A stretch of DNA of 22,700 nucleotides, taken from NCBI GenBank assembly GCA_027031765.1, contig JALVPN010000221.1, forward strand, positions 1 to 22,700, given 5' to 3'. The first letter of the stretch is position 1, and every line of letters starts with the position of its first letter. The position numbers and the translations under genes are program-made. The stretch is from Promethearchaeota archaeon. GTDB taxonomy: Archaea > Asgardarchaeota > Thorarchaeia > Thorarchaeales > Thorarchaeaceae. The notes beneath the pieces were generated by a model that saw only the letters and a list, made by a program, of their open reading frames with translations, did no database searches and was not told where the DNA came from. Positions 8,791-17,807 of the stretch are shown piece after piece.

Positions 8791-10534
8791 GGTACCCCCA
8801 CTCCTCTATTGTTTCGACCCTATACTTGCGTAGGGGTGTGAAAACTCGGCAGAAAAAAGTATGGGCAGCAAGCGTGTCCCCTCCAAAGACAATACCCCAT
8901 GTTAGTACAAATAACGAAACGACTGCATCACGCCATGCAATCTCTCTGAAAAGGTATCCCTGTGCAATGTTGACTATCAACGCAAATGCGAACCCAGTAT
9001 ATGCTAGCATGGACACCGTAAAAAGAAGTCTGGAATGCGGAATCAGTTGGAATGTGGCGAAAAACTGTGCCATCGTCAATGAAACCGTCACGCATATAGT
9101 GAGATCTCGGATTGCAGCGTGTCTGAGGACTCGCCCTACGGATGACTCGAAGTCCGCATCACTCATGGACTCTAGGAATGGGAAACTAAAGATACAGCTT
9201 TCTGTTGTGAGTGTTCCCAGTAGGTCCACATAGAAGACCATTGAGAATGTGAGCAATCCGATTACGAGGTTGAGAGTGAACTTCAAAGTTGGCCAAGGGC
9301 CTAACCATTCCAATTCGAGCGCATCTCTGGCCAGGTCTTCAAAACTAGCAACAAAACTTTCTGCCTGTGACCACCTACCTGCGCTCTGGGCAGTACCATC
9401 GGCAGTACCATCATACACCACCGGCTCATCCAGGTCCGGCGCTGTCGGGTCGTGCCGCGTCAGGTCCGCCACCACCCTGATGTCGTGGATTCGCATCCCC
9501 ACAAGGTCGGAACTGGAGTACCTGTAGCCCAGTATTGCCACGTACTTGATCACCCGGGAGGCATTGTTACAGTCGCCCAGTGCGAATGGGGCGGCCTGTC
9601 CATCGGTACTGGTAAAGACTGCGCCCTGTGGCGAGCCGTCGTGCTCGCCCCACGAGAACGTGACCGTCTTCTGGAAAAAGGACGTGTAGCTGTAGCCGGA
9701 CCACCTGCGGCAAGGCGACCCGCTGTCCTGTGGGTAGAAGTACGCATAGACGTAGCCCTTCCTGGCGTTGGACCACGAGTCACCAAACACCACCATCACT
9801 ACCCGTCGCATCTCCTCGTCACAGAGCGCGACGTACGTCTTGCCCATCCCGGCCCCGGAGTCCTGGAGCAGGTCGCAGACCACTGTGAACTCGCTGAGCT
9901 GGTAGAGCCTGAAGGGCCGGTCCAGGACGTGTACGTAGCACGGGCCGTGCCACCCCTCCCCGGTGGCTATCTCCGACCACGTCATGTAGCTCTGTCCTGA
10001 CGGTACTGTGAGCTCGCCGTCACCACGGGCACCGAAGGGGAACGACGGGTCGCTGTGGAACCCCTCCATGTCGTTGCACGTGTCGTGGAAGACCGTGGAC
10101 TCGGAGCCCACGTAGCTCACCCGGATGCCGTAGGCCCTCGCAAGGCCCTGAGTGACCCCATTGCGGTAGGCCTGTATGACGACGTACTGGATGGGCCTGT
10201 GACGGTCCACCTGGTCGTAGAGGTAGAGGACCTTCTCGTCAGCACCAGGCACGCCCGCCACCACTCCCTGTAGCGGGTCGTACCGCAGGGCCACCACGCC
10301 CGTGAACCGTCCCGGCACCGCCACCTGACTGCACGCGCTCGTACCGTCTTCCCGGTAGTAGTAGCGTGCGGTCACGTACACGGTTCTCCTGTTGAGGTGC
10401 CGCCCCAACAGCTGAGCTGTTTCGGGGGCACACCGACACACTCTGTCCTCTCTGAGCGTCCCCACAACACTACTGCGCGACACTGACACTGGAATGCTAC
10501 CTCTCCTCTTCTTTTCTCTCCTCTCCTCTCTCAC
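8702..10534 (-). CDS. Apparently full-length effector/surface protein: beta-rich N-terminal domain, junction module, hydrophobic tip type C
   Basis: 610-aa ORF. aa ~50-355 are rich in aromatic and beta-strand residues, DLTRHDP is at ~aa 357-363, and about 4 hydrophobic helices follow, ending TLLLLLGLGVMAGIYLSGPK. It is the only copy with a long intact N-terminus. Confidence 0.8.
   Translation of the reverse strand: MREERREKKRRGSIPVSVSRSSVVGTLREDRVCRCAPETAQLLGRHLNRRTVYVTARYYYREDGTSACSQVAVPGRFTGVVALRYDPLQGVVAGVPGADEKVLYLYDQVDRHRPIQYVVIQAYRNGVTQGLARAYGIRVSYVGSESTVFHDTCNDMEGFHSDPSFPFGARGDGELTVPSGQSYMTWSEIATGEGWHGPCYVHVLDRPFRLYQLSEFTVVCDLLQDSGAGMGKTYVALCDEEMRRVVMVVFGDSWSNARKGYVYAYFYPQDSGSPCRRWSGYSYTSFFQKTVTFSWGEHDGSPQGAVFTSTDGQAAPFALGDCNNASRVIKYVAILGYRYSSSDLVGMRIHDIRVVADLTRHDPTAPDLDEPVVYDGTADGTAQSAGRWSQAESFVASFEDLARDALELEWLGPWPTLKFTLNLVIGLLTFSMVFYVDLLGTLTTESCIFSFPFLESMSDADFESSVGRVLRHAAIRDLTICVTVSLTMAQFFATFQLIPHSRLLFTVSMLAYTGFAFALIVNIAQGYLFREIAWRDAVVSLFVLTWGIVFGGDTLAAHTFFCRVFTPLRKYRVETIEEWGYHDTFLQCARTLLLLLGLGVMAGIYLSGPK
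9421..9577. repeat. Junction module copy 2 (in the full-length gene)
   Basis: Encodes GDCNNASRVIKYVAILGYRYSSSDLVGMRIHDIRVVADLTRHDPTAPDLDEP. Confidence 0.92.
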
Positions 10535-11262
10535 TGTCTGCGTCTGTGTCTGTGTCCATGTCTGTGTTTCATGCAGGCGTCCTCTATCTTTCTCAGGCCC
10601 TCATGCGCGGTCCTGCACCCATGCCGGTGCATGGTACCACGCGACAGACGGGTGGATGAGGGTGCCCAGCCCCTACCCTGCACGGGGCCGGACCCGACTT
10701 TCTCTATCAAGTGCTACTCACATACGCGACAATATAAGGGGCGGGGTCACAGTGCCGTGCCGAACTCTGGCCCGGAGGGCCTGTCTGGCGCCATTCCGGG
10801 GATCATGGGAGAGGGAGAGGACGACGCGCCCACGAGGGTGTCCTGGAAAGGACAAAAATGGCCCTCTCTGCTTAACATCTGGCCACGCTGCTGGTGCGGC
10901 CACGACCACTCCGTCACGTGCTGTCCAGCGCCGGCTCCAGTGCAGGGTGTGCCACGGAGGAGAACCGGCCAGAAGACAGTCCACAACCCGTCCTTCAAGA
11001 GAGAGGGGAGCGACGGAAGAGAGATGAGTGAGGGATAGGACTGGCAACCAGATAGCATGTCTGCCGGAAAGGAGTTCAGCAGACGTTGTGGCCCGTCAAC
11101 TCAAGTCAATTCCGGCCCCGTATTTTGGGACACATCATTATCCGAAATATGCTCAGTCCTACTGTCAGTGCCGTGAAGACCAGTGTTGTCCGTCGTAGTC
11201 CGAGGAAATGGCAGTGGGCCTTTCCCTTGCAGGCCTGACAGCAGGAGGAAAATCTCAGTCCC

Positions 11263-11688
11263 TTACAACCGACCAAGAATGTTCAGTCCAATTATTCTTT
11301 CGAACTGGACAAGGTCATCGAGGTCGGACTTGAGTATGGTGAGCAGTATGGAGTTGTCAAAGTCCATGTAGCTGTGGACCAGGCGGTTCCTGAAGGCCGC
11401 CATCTTGGAAAGCCGCTCCGCAAAGTCCTGTGACAACAGACCATGCTTTGAAAGGACTGTGAACACTTCAGCATAGGAAGTGGGTTTTTCCCAGCCCATT
11501 CTACCTATGATTGCATTCCCGATGTCCAGACAGATCTGGATAGCTTCTATGAGATAGAACTTGGCGGCACCGAGATAGATACGGTTGTTCACCAGTTCGG
11601 CATGCCCTATTGATGCTATTTCTCTCAGGACAGCAATACTAGAGTCAAGTCGAGACAGTCTCTCCCTGATTGAACCAGAGGACATCAA
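11263..11688 (-). CDS. hepT: HEPN (DUF86/HepT-like) RNase toxin
   Basis: RNRLVHSY matches the R-X4-H-X-Y motif. EAIQICLDIGNAII and P-T-S-Y-A-E-V-F are typical of DUF86. Overlaps the MNT gene. Confidence 0.9.
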   Translation of the reverse strand: MMSSGSIRERLSRLDSSIAVLREIASIGHAELVNNRIYLGAAKFYLIEAIQICLDIGNAIIGRMGWEKPTSYAEVFTVLSKHGLLSQDFAERLSKMAAFRNRLVHSYMDFDNSILLTILKSDLDDLVQFERIIGLNILGRL

Positions 11689-12125
11689 GAGGCCTCACCG
11701 TCCACAAGGCGCCTGTGCAGATATGCGTAGTACGTGTCAAGGGCATACTTGAAGTCGAGGTACTCGATAAGCGTCCGGGTCTCAAAGGATGCCCGGATCT
11801 CATCGTCAAGACAATAGATGACGCGCCCGTCCTTGATGACCTGGTACCGGAACTCCACAGGGGCGTGGTCCAGGGACTGGAGGTCCACTTCGACATCAGG
11901 AACAATCCGGGACAGGTCGTAGGTCAGGTCTCTCAGGAGAGATGCGTACTCTGAGTCTGGTGTGCCATCTGGGAGCAGGACCGCAATATCGAGGTCACTG
12001 AGCGGAGTCGTAGCTCTCAAGGCGTAGGAACCATGGAGGTAGGCCAGTACAACGCCTTGGGTCGCCAGTATCTCGGTTATTGCCGGCAGCAATGCCTCCA
12101 GCTCTTCAGGACTCGGTCCAGTCAT
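11685..12125 (-). CDS. mntA: Minimal nucleotidyltransferase (MntA-like) antitoxin
   Basis: YLHGSYA...SDLDIAV catalytic motif, VDLQSL third Asp, 146 aa, directly upstream of the HEPN gene. Confidence 0.9.
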   Translation of the reverse strand: MTGPSPEELEALLPAITEILATQGVVLAYLHGSYALRATTPLSDLDIAVLLPDGTPDSEYASLLRDLTYDLSRIVPDVEVDLQSLDHAPVEFRYQVIKDGRVIYCLDDEIRASFETRTLIEYLDFKYALDTYYAYLHRRLVDGEAS

Positions 12126-12212
12126 CGGTACTTACCTGTTGATTGCGTCTCCTCGGAGTCCATTCTCAAGTATTCACACCGGCCTTACTGTAAAAAACGT
12201 ACTGGATGATGG

Positions 12213-12470
12213 CACCACAACTCCCTGTCTCGACAGGGGAGGAGACCATAGTCCCGGACGACTGCACACTACTACCTCCACCCTGTGGGTGGGAGTAGAC
12301 GTTGGGCCAGCCCTTCCCGTGCGGAGGACATCATCCGCCCCTCGCCCCTCGCCGTGGCCGCAACAGTGACCGCGCACAGGGCCCATGGCATGCGGCACAT
12401 ATCAACGCCCGTGCTCAGCGGGACTGCGGGGGCCACCCCTGGTCCTTCATGACTCAGAGTGGTCAGTCCG
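12213..12470 (-). pseudogene. Truncated cassette homology arm (no junction module or tip follows)
   Basis: Matches 22250-22490 and 14945-15040. Encodes SSAR/(frameshift)/KGWPNVYSHPQGGGSSVQSSGTM, homologous to SNARKGYVYAYFYPQDSG of the 610-aa gene. Homology ends at ~12213. Confidence 0.75.
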
Positions 12471-12666
12471 TGGTGGTCAAGCGCCGTCCTCGCACATGTC
12501 CATCTCGTCCAGTCCCGTGTCATCCTCCATCTCCTCCTCTATCTCCTCATCTGCCGGATATGGTCTGCCGGCGCCCCAGTACCTGTAGCGAGGGTCATAC
12601 ATAGGGTAACAGCACGTCATTACTACTACCCAGAGGACGAAGATGGGGTATCTTCCCATCTCATAC
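12283..12666. repeat. ~385-bp direct repeat, near-identical to 22318..22700
   Basis: Base-by-base comparison shows only scattered substitutions and small indels. Covers the 3' end of partner E plus the downstream arm. Confidence 0.93.
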
Positions 12667-12998
12667 ATGACACCTGACAGGAAAGCGGGGGGCAACAGGA
12701 GCCACCAGAACAAGGACGTGGGCAATACAGCGGAAGCATATGCCATGAGCATGTATGTGACCAGGTCTACTGGTCGTGTCACGTGTTCTGCGTACCATGC
12801 ACCACGTCTCGTGGGGTCAAGTCCCGCCCCTCTCATCTTCAGCACAAGCTGCCACTCACCGTCACGTCTGTAGCGACTGAACAAGATATAGATGGTCCCA
12901 CCAACCAGTACTCCAGTGCACCATGCAATCAAACTGAGGACACCTTCCTGCACCTGACAGCCCTCCGGCCGATAGTCCGGCCCGTAGTCACGTCCCAT
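12477..12998 (-). CDS. Partner (putative immunity) membrane protein, family E, with acidic tail
   Basis: About 4 hydrophobic segments and a C-terminal DEEIEEEMEDDTGLDEMD. ATG overlaps the stop of 12988..13203. Paralogue at 22511..22700. Confidence 0.72.
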   Translation of the reverse strand: MGRDYGPDYRPEGCQVQEGVLSLIAWCTGVLVGGTIYILFSRYRRDGEWQLVLKMRGAGLDPTRRGAWYAEHVTRPVDLVTYMLMAYASAVLPTSLFWWLLLPPAFLSGVMYEMGRYPIFVLWVVVMTCCYPMYDPRYRYWGAGRPYPADEEIEEEMEDDTGLDEMDMCEDGA

Positions 12999-13203
12999 CA
13001 GACCACTGATAAATCCACCCTACTAAGAAGCCAACTGCAAAGACGACTATAGTGAGCAAGACGACAAGATCCGCCAACATGAGTCCAAAATGTATCCGCC
13101 CCTCAAGGCCTCTCTTCTGCCACTGTTGCCCATGCTGATACCGCTCTCTGAAACACCTGGAGTACTCCGCAGCACCCCTACTCTTTTCACCCAAACGATA
13201 CAT
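12988..13203 (-). pseudogene. Probable remnant C-terminal end of a tip (type E)
   Basis: Ends in one long hydrophobic helix (FGLMLADLVVLLTIVVFAVGFLVGWIY), as tips B, C and D do, and overlaps the partner E start. No junction module upstream. Confidence 0.45.
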
Positions 13204-13239
13204 ACTCTACCTGAGCCGAGAGAAACAGGGAAAGGCAGA

Positions 13240-13890
13240 CTACTGTCTGCTGGACTCTTCTTTGAGCTTGTGTCGTTCCCAGAAGAACCTGACAATAGCA
13301 TGTGGTGAGTATCCAAAAGTGAGGCCCAGCAGCGGGATAATGAAAACACGTGGGTCTTGGAGTACAAACCAAATGGCCAGGAGCAAGGGCACATAGATCA
13401 CGACTATCGAAGAGAGCAAGAATGCTACAGTCCATTCTGTCTTGAAGAGGACCCTTCCGACAGGCGTTTCTTCAAACTCTTCTGAAAGTGTTTTTTCCCC
13501 TGACGTTGTGCGTCGCTCCCTCATCTTTTGCGAATGTCCCACAAGAGGGACGCCTATCAGCAGGGAATACAAGAACCATCCTATAGAAGATGAGAGGCCG
13601 ACCATCATTGCAGCTGGGAAGAGGGGTGACGACATCCCCAAGTCAGGCGGAAAGGGCTGTAGTAGGATTTTGACTGCAAGCCAGACCATCAGTATGGAAG
13701 GCACAATCATTACAAGGAATAAGACAGCAAGAAACACAAGAAATGAGAAGTCCCTCGTGTCCTTCATTCTCTCGCCGGGGTCTCTCATACCCAGTGACAT
13801 GACAGTAATCCCTTCCTTCCGGCTATTGTCCACATCCTTGTCAGGTTCAGACCCTGCTTGTACTTGGATGTCATACAAGGTCCATTCCAT
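13240..13890 (-). CDS. Partner (putative immunity) membrane protein, family D
   Basis: Four TM segments (FLVFLAVLFLVMIVPSILMVWLAV, MMVGLSSSIGWFLYSLLIGV, VAFLLSSIVVIYVPLLLAIWFV, FIIPLLGLTFG). Overlaps the tip D stop. Confidence 0.78.
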   Translation of the reverse strand: MEWTLYDIQVQAGSEPDKDVDNSRKEGITVMSLGMRDPGERMKDTRDFSFLVFLAVLFLVMIVPSILMVWLAVKILLQPFPPDLGMSSPLFPAAMMVGLSSSIGWFLYSLLIGVPLVGHSQKMRERRTTSGEKTLSEEFEETPVGRVLFKTEWTVAFLLSSIVVIYVPLLLAIWFVLQDPRVFIIPLLGLTFGYSPHAIVRFFWERHKLKEESSRQ

Positions 13891-14860
13891 TCAGGTAACA
13901 CCAGCTCAATACTCCAATTGCAGAGGCGAAGAGTCCTACAGCAGCAACCATCACAATCCCTGCTACAACAACATTTGAGACCACTTGTCTTGCTCTGTTG
14001 ATTTCCTCATCAGAGTGGAGTCTTGTTTCTATGTACTCAAAGTAGTCCATCTCGACAGGCGAGTTCAACCTGACTGCCTCAGCCAACGTGACAATACTGT
14101 CACACAGACACAGAAAGCCCATGAAAATCAACACAACAGCCGCAGTAAGCGGTCTGAGCACTCCATTGATGGTGTCCGTAACAACTCTTGCAGCTCCCAG
14201 GAAGATAGCTGTTGCGAAAGAAATGGCGAGTACCACGAAAAGAGCGCTGCCCAGACCAGTTTCTGCAGAGAGTGCAGCTGCAGCCATTGCTCGCTCCAGC
14301 AACTCCGCAACGAGCCAGGGAATTCCACCCGGTCCCAACAGATACTCAAAAGCATCATCGACAGCAGCACGGAAGACCGTGAGCGGGTCTTGTGTTCCCG
14401 CTGCATATCTCAGGAGAAGTGGCTGGAACAGGTCGATCATGCCATCCGGATGGACCTGGAAGCTTCCAAGAATATCAATGGAAAAATGTAGGCACATGTT
14501 CACCTCAGGGACTGGTGAGAACGTAATAAGAGAATGTAGTGTCGGCCACCACCCCGTCCAATACACCGTAAGATACTCTTGGACCGTTTCGAAGAGACTC
14601 TCCGCAAGGGTCTTGGCCTGGGCCGTCTGTCCGGTAACTGTACCATCATCTCCGACCGGCTCGTCCGGGTCTGGTGCTGTTGGGTCGTGCCGCGTCAGGT
14701 CCGCCACCACCCTGATGTCGTGAACCCGCATCCCCATAAGGTCGACACCGGAGTACCTGTAGGCCAAGACTGCCACGTACTTGATCACCCGGGAGGCATT
14801 GTCGCACCCGCCTATGAGACTTGGCGTCCCTGACCCACCAGTCCTCGCATACACCGCTCC
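13871..14860 (-). CDS. Orphan cassette, variable tip type D (5'-frameshifted)
   Basis: Homologous part of track ORF 13871..15277 starts at GAVYARTGGSGTPSLIGGCDNASRVIKYV...DLTRHDP, followed by YWTGWWPTL...DILG and hydrophobic helices. Confidence 0.72.
   Translation of the reverse strand, partial: GAVYARTGGSGTPSLIGGCDNASRVIKYVAVLAYRYSGVDLMGMRVHDIRVVADLTRHDPTAPDPDEPVGDDGTVTGQTAQAKTLAESLFETVQEYLTVYWTGWWPTLHSLITFSPVPEVNMCLHFSIDILGSFQVHPDGMIDLFQPLLLRYAAGTQDPLTVFRAAVDDAFEYLLGPGGIPWLVAELLERAMAAAALSAETGLGSALFVVLAISFATAIFLGAARVVTDTINGVLRPLTAAVVLIFMGFLCLCDSIVTLAEAVRLNSPVEMDYFEYIETRLHSDEEINRARQVVSNVVVAGIVMVAAVGLFASAIGVLSWCYLNGMDLV
14656..14810. repeat. Junction module copy 3
   Basis: Encodes CDNASRVIKYVAVLAYRYSGVDLMGMRVHDIRVVADLTRHDPTAPDPDEP. 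Confidence 0.92.
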
Positions 14861-14891
14861 CCGACCCACCGGTGCCCGCATACACCGCTCC
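14830..14891. repeat. 31-bp tandem duplication (frameshifting)
   Basis: ctgacccaccagtcctcgcatacaccgctcc / ccgacccaccggtgcccgcatacaccgctcc. Confidence 0.88.
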
Positions 14892-15198
14892 CTGACCACC
14901 CCGGTACGACTCCCACCAAGACTCCCCAGTTTCGACAGACCAAGACTCCCCAGTCTCGACAGAGGAGGAGGCCATGATCCCTGACGACTGCACACCACTA
15001 CCTCCACCCTGTGGGTAGGGGCAGACGTTGGGCCAGCCCCTGGTGGTACCACCTCACACACCGTCCAGATTCGCCCCATGCACCGCCCCAGTGGACACGC
15101 ATCACGGTTTCCCCCTACTTGTCGTCTGGGCCCAGCTGTGTCCTGTCCGCCACCAATGTCACTATGTCCGCCACCTTGTCCTATGGGGGGATTGTGGA
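14861..15198 (-). pseudogene. Frameshifted homology arm of cassette D
   Basis: Encodes in shifted frames VTLVADRTQ..., GWPNVCPYPQGGGSGVQSSGIM...ESWWESYRGGQGAVY, homologous to aa ~215-320 of the 610-aa gene. Confidence 0.7.
14915..14962. repeat. 24-bp tandem duplication (SVETGESW x2)
   Basis: accaagactccccagtttcgacag / accaagactccccagtctcgacag. Confidence 0.92.
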
Positions 15199-15858
15199 CT
15201 AATCCCCATTCTGTAGACGTGCCGCATACCATTCTGCGTACCATTCTCTGTAGGCCCTCCCAAATGCCTCTCCGCACTCATCGTCCCGCGCCAGCAGTTG
15301 TCTGAATGCTCTGGCAAAGCTGTTTCGCGTCCTCCCCTGACGCATCTTCTCGTACTTCGTGAGCAGACGGTGCACTAGTTCCTTGAATGCAGTCCTATCA
15401 GGTGTTGACTGACGAAATGCCGTTTCTACTGCCCCTACTATTTCATCTGTTGGAAGTTGTTCCCATGCCTCTTCCCATGCCCGCTCCCTGTCTGTCGTTT
15501 CTCTTCTCCCGAACCGTCTTAACGCACCTTTGTATGTGTCATAGAAGAAAGTTGGTGCAGTCAGGAAGATTGTCAATAGAACTCCAATCAGTGTAGTCTC
15601 GGCATTCTCGTAAGAGCCTGAGATGTAGGGCCACAAGCACAAGAATGTAATGAAGGCCACTGCCACAACATCGAACATACCATAGGTCGTCATTGCTCGC
15701 CTGAAAGTCCCACAGAAGAACCGTCCCACCCTCCGGAGTACGATGGGGCCACATTCATGCTCGGAACAAATGTCGGATACCCAGATGAAAACGGCCAACA
15801 GGAAGACCGTCCCGAACACTCCAAAGACTTGCAAGAGAAGGAGCTGTTGTTCAGTCAT
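15199..15858 (-). CDS. Partner (putative immunity) membrane protein, family B
   Basis: GAGGTG ribosome-binding site, 12 bp after the tip B stop. Three TM segments plus a helical C-terminal domain. Paralogue of 20537..21241. Confidence 0.8.
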   Translation of the reverse strand: MTEQQLLLLQVFGVFGTVFLLAVFIWVSDICSEHECGPIVLRRVGRFFCGTFRRAMTTYGMFDVVAVAFITFLCLWPYISGSYENAETTLIGVLLTIFLTAPTFFYDTYKGALRRFGRRETTDRERAWEEAWEQLPTDEIVGAVETAFRQSTPDRTAFKELVHRLLTKYEKMRQGRTRNSFARAFRQLLARDDECGEAFGRAYREWYAEWYAARLQNGD

Positions 15859-15870
15859 CAGATCCCCACC

Positions 15871-16842
15871 TCAAGAGTTCTCAAGACCCATTGTCAAGAA
15901 CCTGGAGATGCAATAGACACAAGTGACCAGGACTGCTACCTTTACCAGTGCTATTGCGGCATACCAAAGGCCTATTCTAAGGGGACCAGAAGGCATTGCA
16001 TCGAGTGGCCGTAGCAGTTCCCATAGACCAGACATGAACCATGCCATTCGGAGAGCATAGGCTAGCCCCGGGAAAAGCAGGCCTAACAATGTGGCTAGTG
16101 CTGTAGCTGCACCGAAGGGATGGACTATTCCCTCATCGACAACATAGAACAGATACGCCAAGTAAGATACAAATATCACAGTCCAAGCAGCAAGCATCGC
16201 TAGTAGGGTTCCCAAATCCATGCCAATCGTCAGAGGAGACGCCACAGCTTCTATTGCCCTCAACCCTAGTGATAGAGCATAGCTCAATGCTACAGGGATG
16301 ACAAAAAGGGAAATGAAATCAGTGTATTGTGTTTCCATTTCTGTAGCTGCACTCCGTAGCTCTTGTTCCGAATGTTCCCGTTCAACCGGAGTAACTATAC
16401 TCAGTGAATGTACTTGAAAGTCACCCAAGATATCAGTCGACACAAGGAATGTCAGAGTCCCCTCCCCATCAAATGTCCCAGTGAACTGCAAGAATAGACG
16501 GGGCCAGCAGTTGACCAGCTCCCAGGAGACATCAATTGACTGGAGGAATGGACTCAGGACTGCACCCACACTCTCTACGAGGTCGTCCTGATGCTCAACC
16601 GCCCCCATTCCTGTCCCATCAGATACCACCGGCTCCTCCGGGTCTGGCGCATCCGGGTCGTGCCGTGTCAGGTCTGCCACCACCCTGGTGTCGTGTATGC
16701 CCATCCCCATAAGGTCGACACCGGAGTACCTGTAGCCAAAAATCGCCACGTATTTGACCACGCGCGAGGCATTGTCGCACTTGCCTATCAGACCGGGCGT
16801 TCCAGACCCATCAGTGCCCGCATTCACCGCTCCCCGACCACC
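15871..16842 (-). CDS. Orphan cassette, variable tip type B (5'-frameshifted)
   Basis: Homologous part of track ORF 15871..17088: GGRGAVNAGTDGSGTPGLIGKCDNASRVV...DLTRHDP...NCWPRL...DILGDFQV plus hydrophobic helices. Paralogue of 21238..22302. Confidence 0.72.
   Translation of the reverse strand, partial: GGRGAVNAGTDGSGTPGLIGKCDNASRVVKYVAIFGYRYSGVDLMGMGIHDTRVVADLTRHDPDAPDPEEPVVSDGTGMGAVEHQDDLVESVGAVLSPFLQSIDVSWELVNCWPRLFLQFTGTFDGEGTLTFLVSTDILGDFQVHSLSIVTPVEREHSEQELRSAATEMETQYTDFISLFVIPVALSYALSLGLRAIEAVASPLTIGMDLGTLLAMLAAWTVIFVSYLAYLFYVVDEGIVHPFGAATALATLLGLLFPGLAYALRMAWFMSGLWELLRPLDAMPSGPLRIGLWYAAIALVKVAVLVTCVYCISRFLTMGLENS
16629..16785. repeat. Junction module copy 4
   Basis: Encodes KCDNASRVVKYVAIFGYRYSGVDLMGMGIHDTRVVADLTRHDPDAPDPEEP. 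Confidence 0.92.
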
Positions 16843-16965
16843 CTGAGAGGGCCCACCACAACTCCCCGGCCTTCTTGGACGGGGTGCGGACATGTCCGGG
16901 ACCCTAGTAGCCTGGAGGACCTGTCCTGTGGACAGAGGTATGCGTTGGACCAGCCCTTGGTGAGA
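16843..16965 (-). pseudogene. Frameshifted homology arm of cassette B
   Basis: Alternative frames encode KGWSNAYLCPQDRSSR and GELWW, matching the arm consensus. Confidence 0.6.
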
Positions 16966-17105
16966 CCGACCCCGCACACCACCCCGGAGGAGGGGCATCA
17001 CAGTTTCCTCCTGCCTATCAACTAGGCCTGCGCGTGTCCTATCCGTCATATTGGCGTCCTCATATACCCACTGGACCACGAGTGGCATTGCGATGCCAAC
17101 GATGA

Positions 17106-17576
17106 CTATTCTGATCCCAGTCCGGACTCCTCGTCTGCTCCCTCCTCGTCCTCCTCATCCTCCTCATCCTCCTCGTCCTCCTCGTCCTCCTCATCCTCCT
17201 CGTCCTCCTCCTCATCCATTGGCTCCTCCGTCACCATTATGGTCAACAGAATGGCATTCAGAAAGCCCCCCCAAGAAAAAGTCAGAAAGTCGTCAATGGA
17301 AGGATGAGGGGGTCCAAACAAGAAGTCTACGAGCTCGGATGGCGCAAGGAGATATCCTGCAAGGAGTATACACAGAAAAGGGGCTTCGAGTGCAATGATA
17401 TTGTACATGAACTCTGTAATCCGCTTCTCTGATGCTTTCAGATACAAGATGGCAATCACTGGACAGGCCTCTTCAGCTCCTCTGAGATGTCGGATGCCAT
17501 AGACACTCCCCACCCCTAGAACAATCAGTATCAAGACGCCTGCAACTAGGCCTAGCAAGAACCAATCGACATACAT
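17106..17576 (-). CDS. Orphan partner-like membrane protein with poly-acidic tail
   Basis: ATG at 17576 with GGAGG upstream (MYVDWFLLGLVAGVLILIVLG). About 3 TM segments and a C-terminal (EED)n tract. Confidence 0.75.
   Translation of the reverse strand: MYVDWFLLGLVAGVLILIVLGVGSVYGIRHLRGAEEACPVIAILYLKASEKRITEFMYNIIALEAPFLCILLAGYLLAPSELVDFLFGPPHPSIDDFLTFSWGGFLNAILLTIMVTEEPMDEEEDEEDEEDEEDEEDEEDEEDEEGADEESGLGSE
17142..17217. repeat. 9-bp tandem array encoding (EED)n
   Basis: (tcctc[ag]tcc)n, about 8 units. Confidence 0.92.
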
Positions 17577-17807
17577 AGTCTGTTCCTCCGCAGTGACATG
17601 TAGACAAAGACTGATTTGAATGCCAGCACTGTCCTCAGTCCCCTCCGGAGTAGACAAGAGATGCCAGTAGGACAGTATACGCGAGCAAGACTCATTGATG
17701 CTCCTGCTGTCCCGTCATTCATCACCGGCTGGTGACAATGAAGACCAAGGCATCGTCTCTGGAGCTCTGGAGTGATACTTCAGACATGCAGTGTTAACAA
17801 TCCGTTG

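Noticed and set aside
10494-11027. Plus-strand ORF with a signal-peptide-like start (MLPLLFFSLLSSLTVCVCVCV)
   Set aside because: The hydrophobic start arises from CT/GT low-complexity repeats antisense to the 5' end of the 610-aa gene, and the rest is Arg/Pro-rich junk.
11028-12212. IS element or integrase-mobilised unit around the TA pair
   Set aside because: No transposase, integrase, terminal inverted repeats or tRNA target visible.
14861-15277. N-terminal ~140 aa of track ORF 13871..15277 as real protein
   Set aside because: It overlaps partner B, and the homology to the 610-aa gene here lies in other frames. It is a chance open frame over a frameshifted arm.
16843-17088. N-terminal extension of track ORF 15871..17088
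   Set aside because: Arm homology (KGWSNAYLCPQ, ELWW) is in different frames, so the extension is unlikely to be native coding sequence.
17577-17807. Junction or tip remnant (QPVMNDGT, LLAYTVLLASLV)
   Set aside because: Matches are too short and in different frames to be distinguished from chance.
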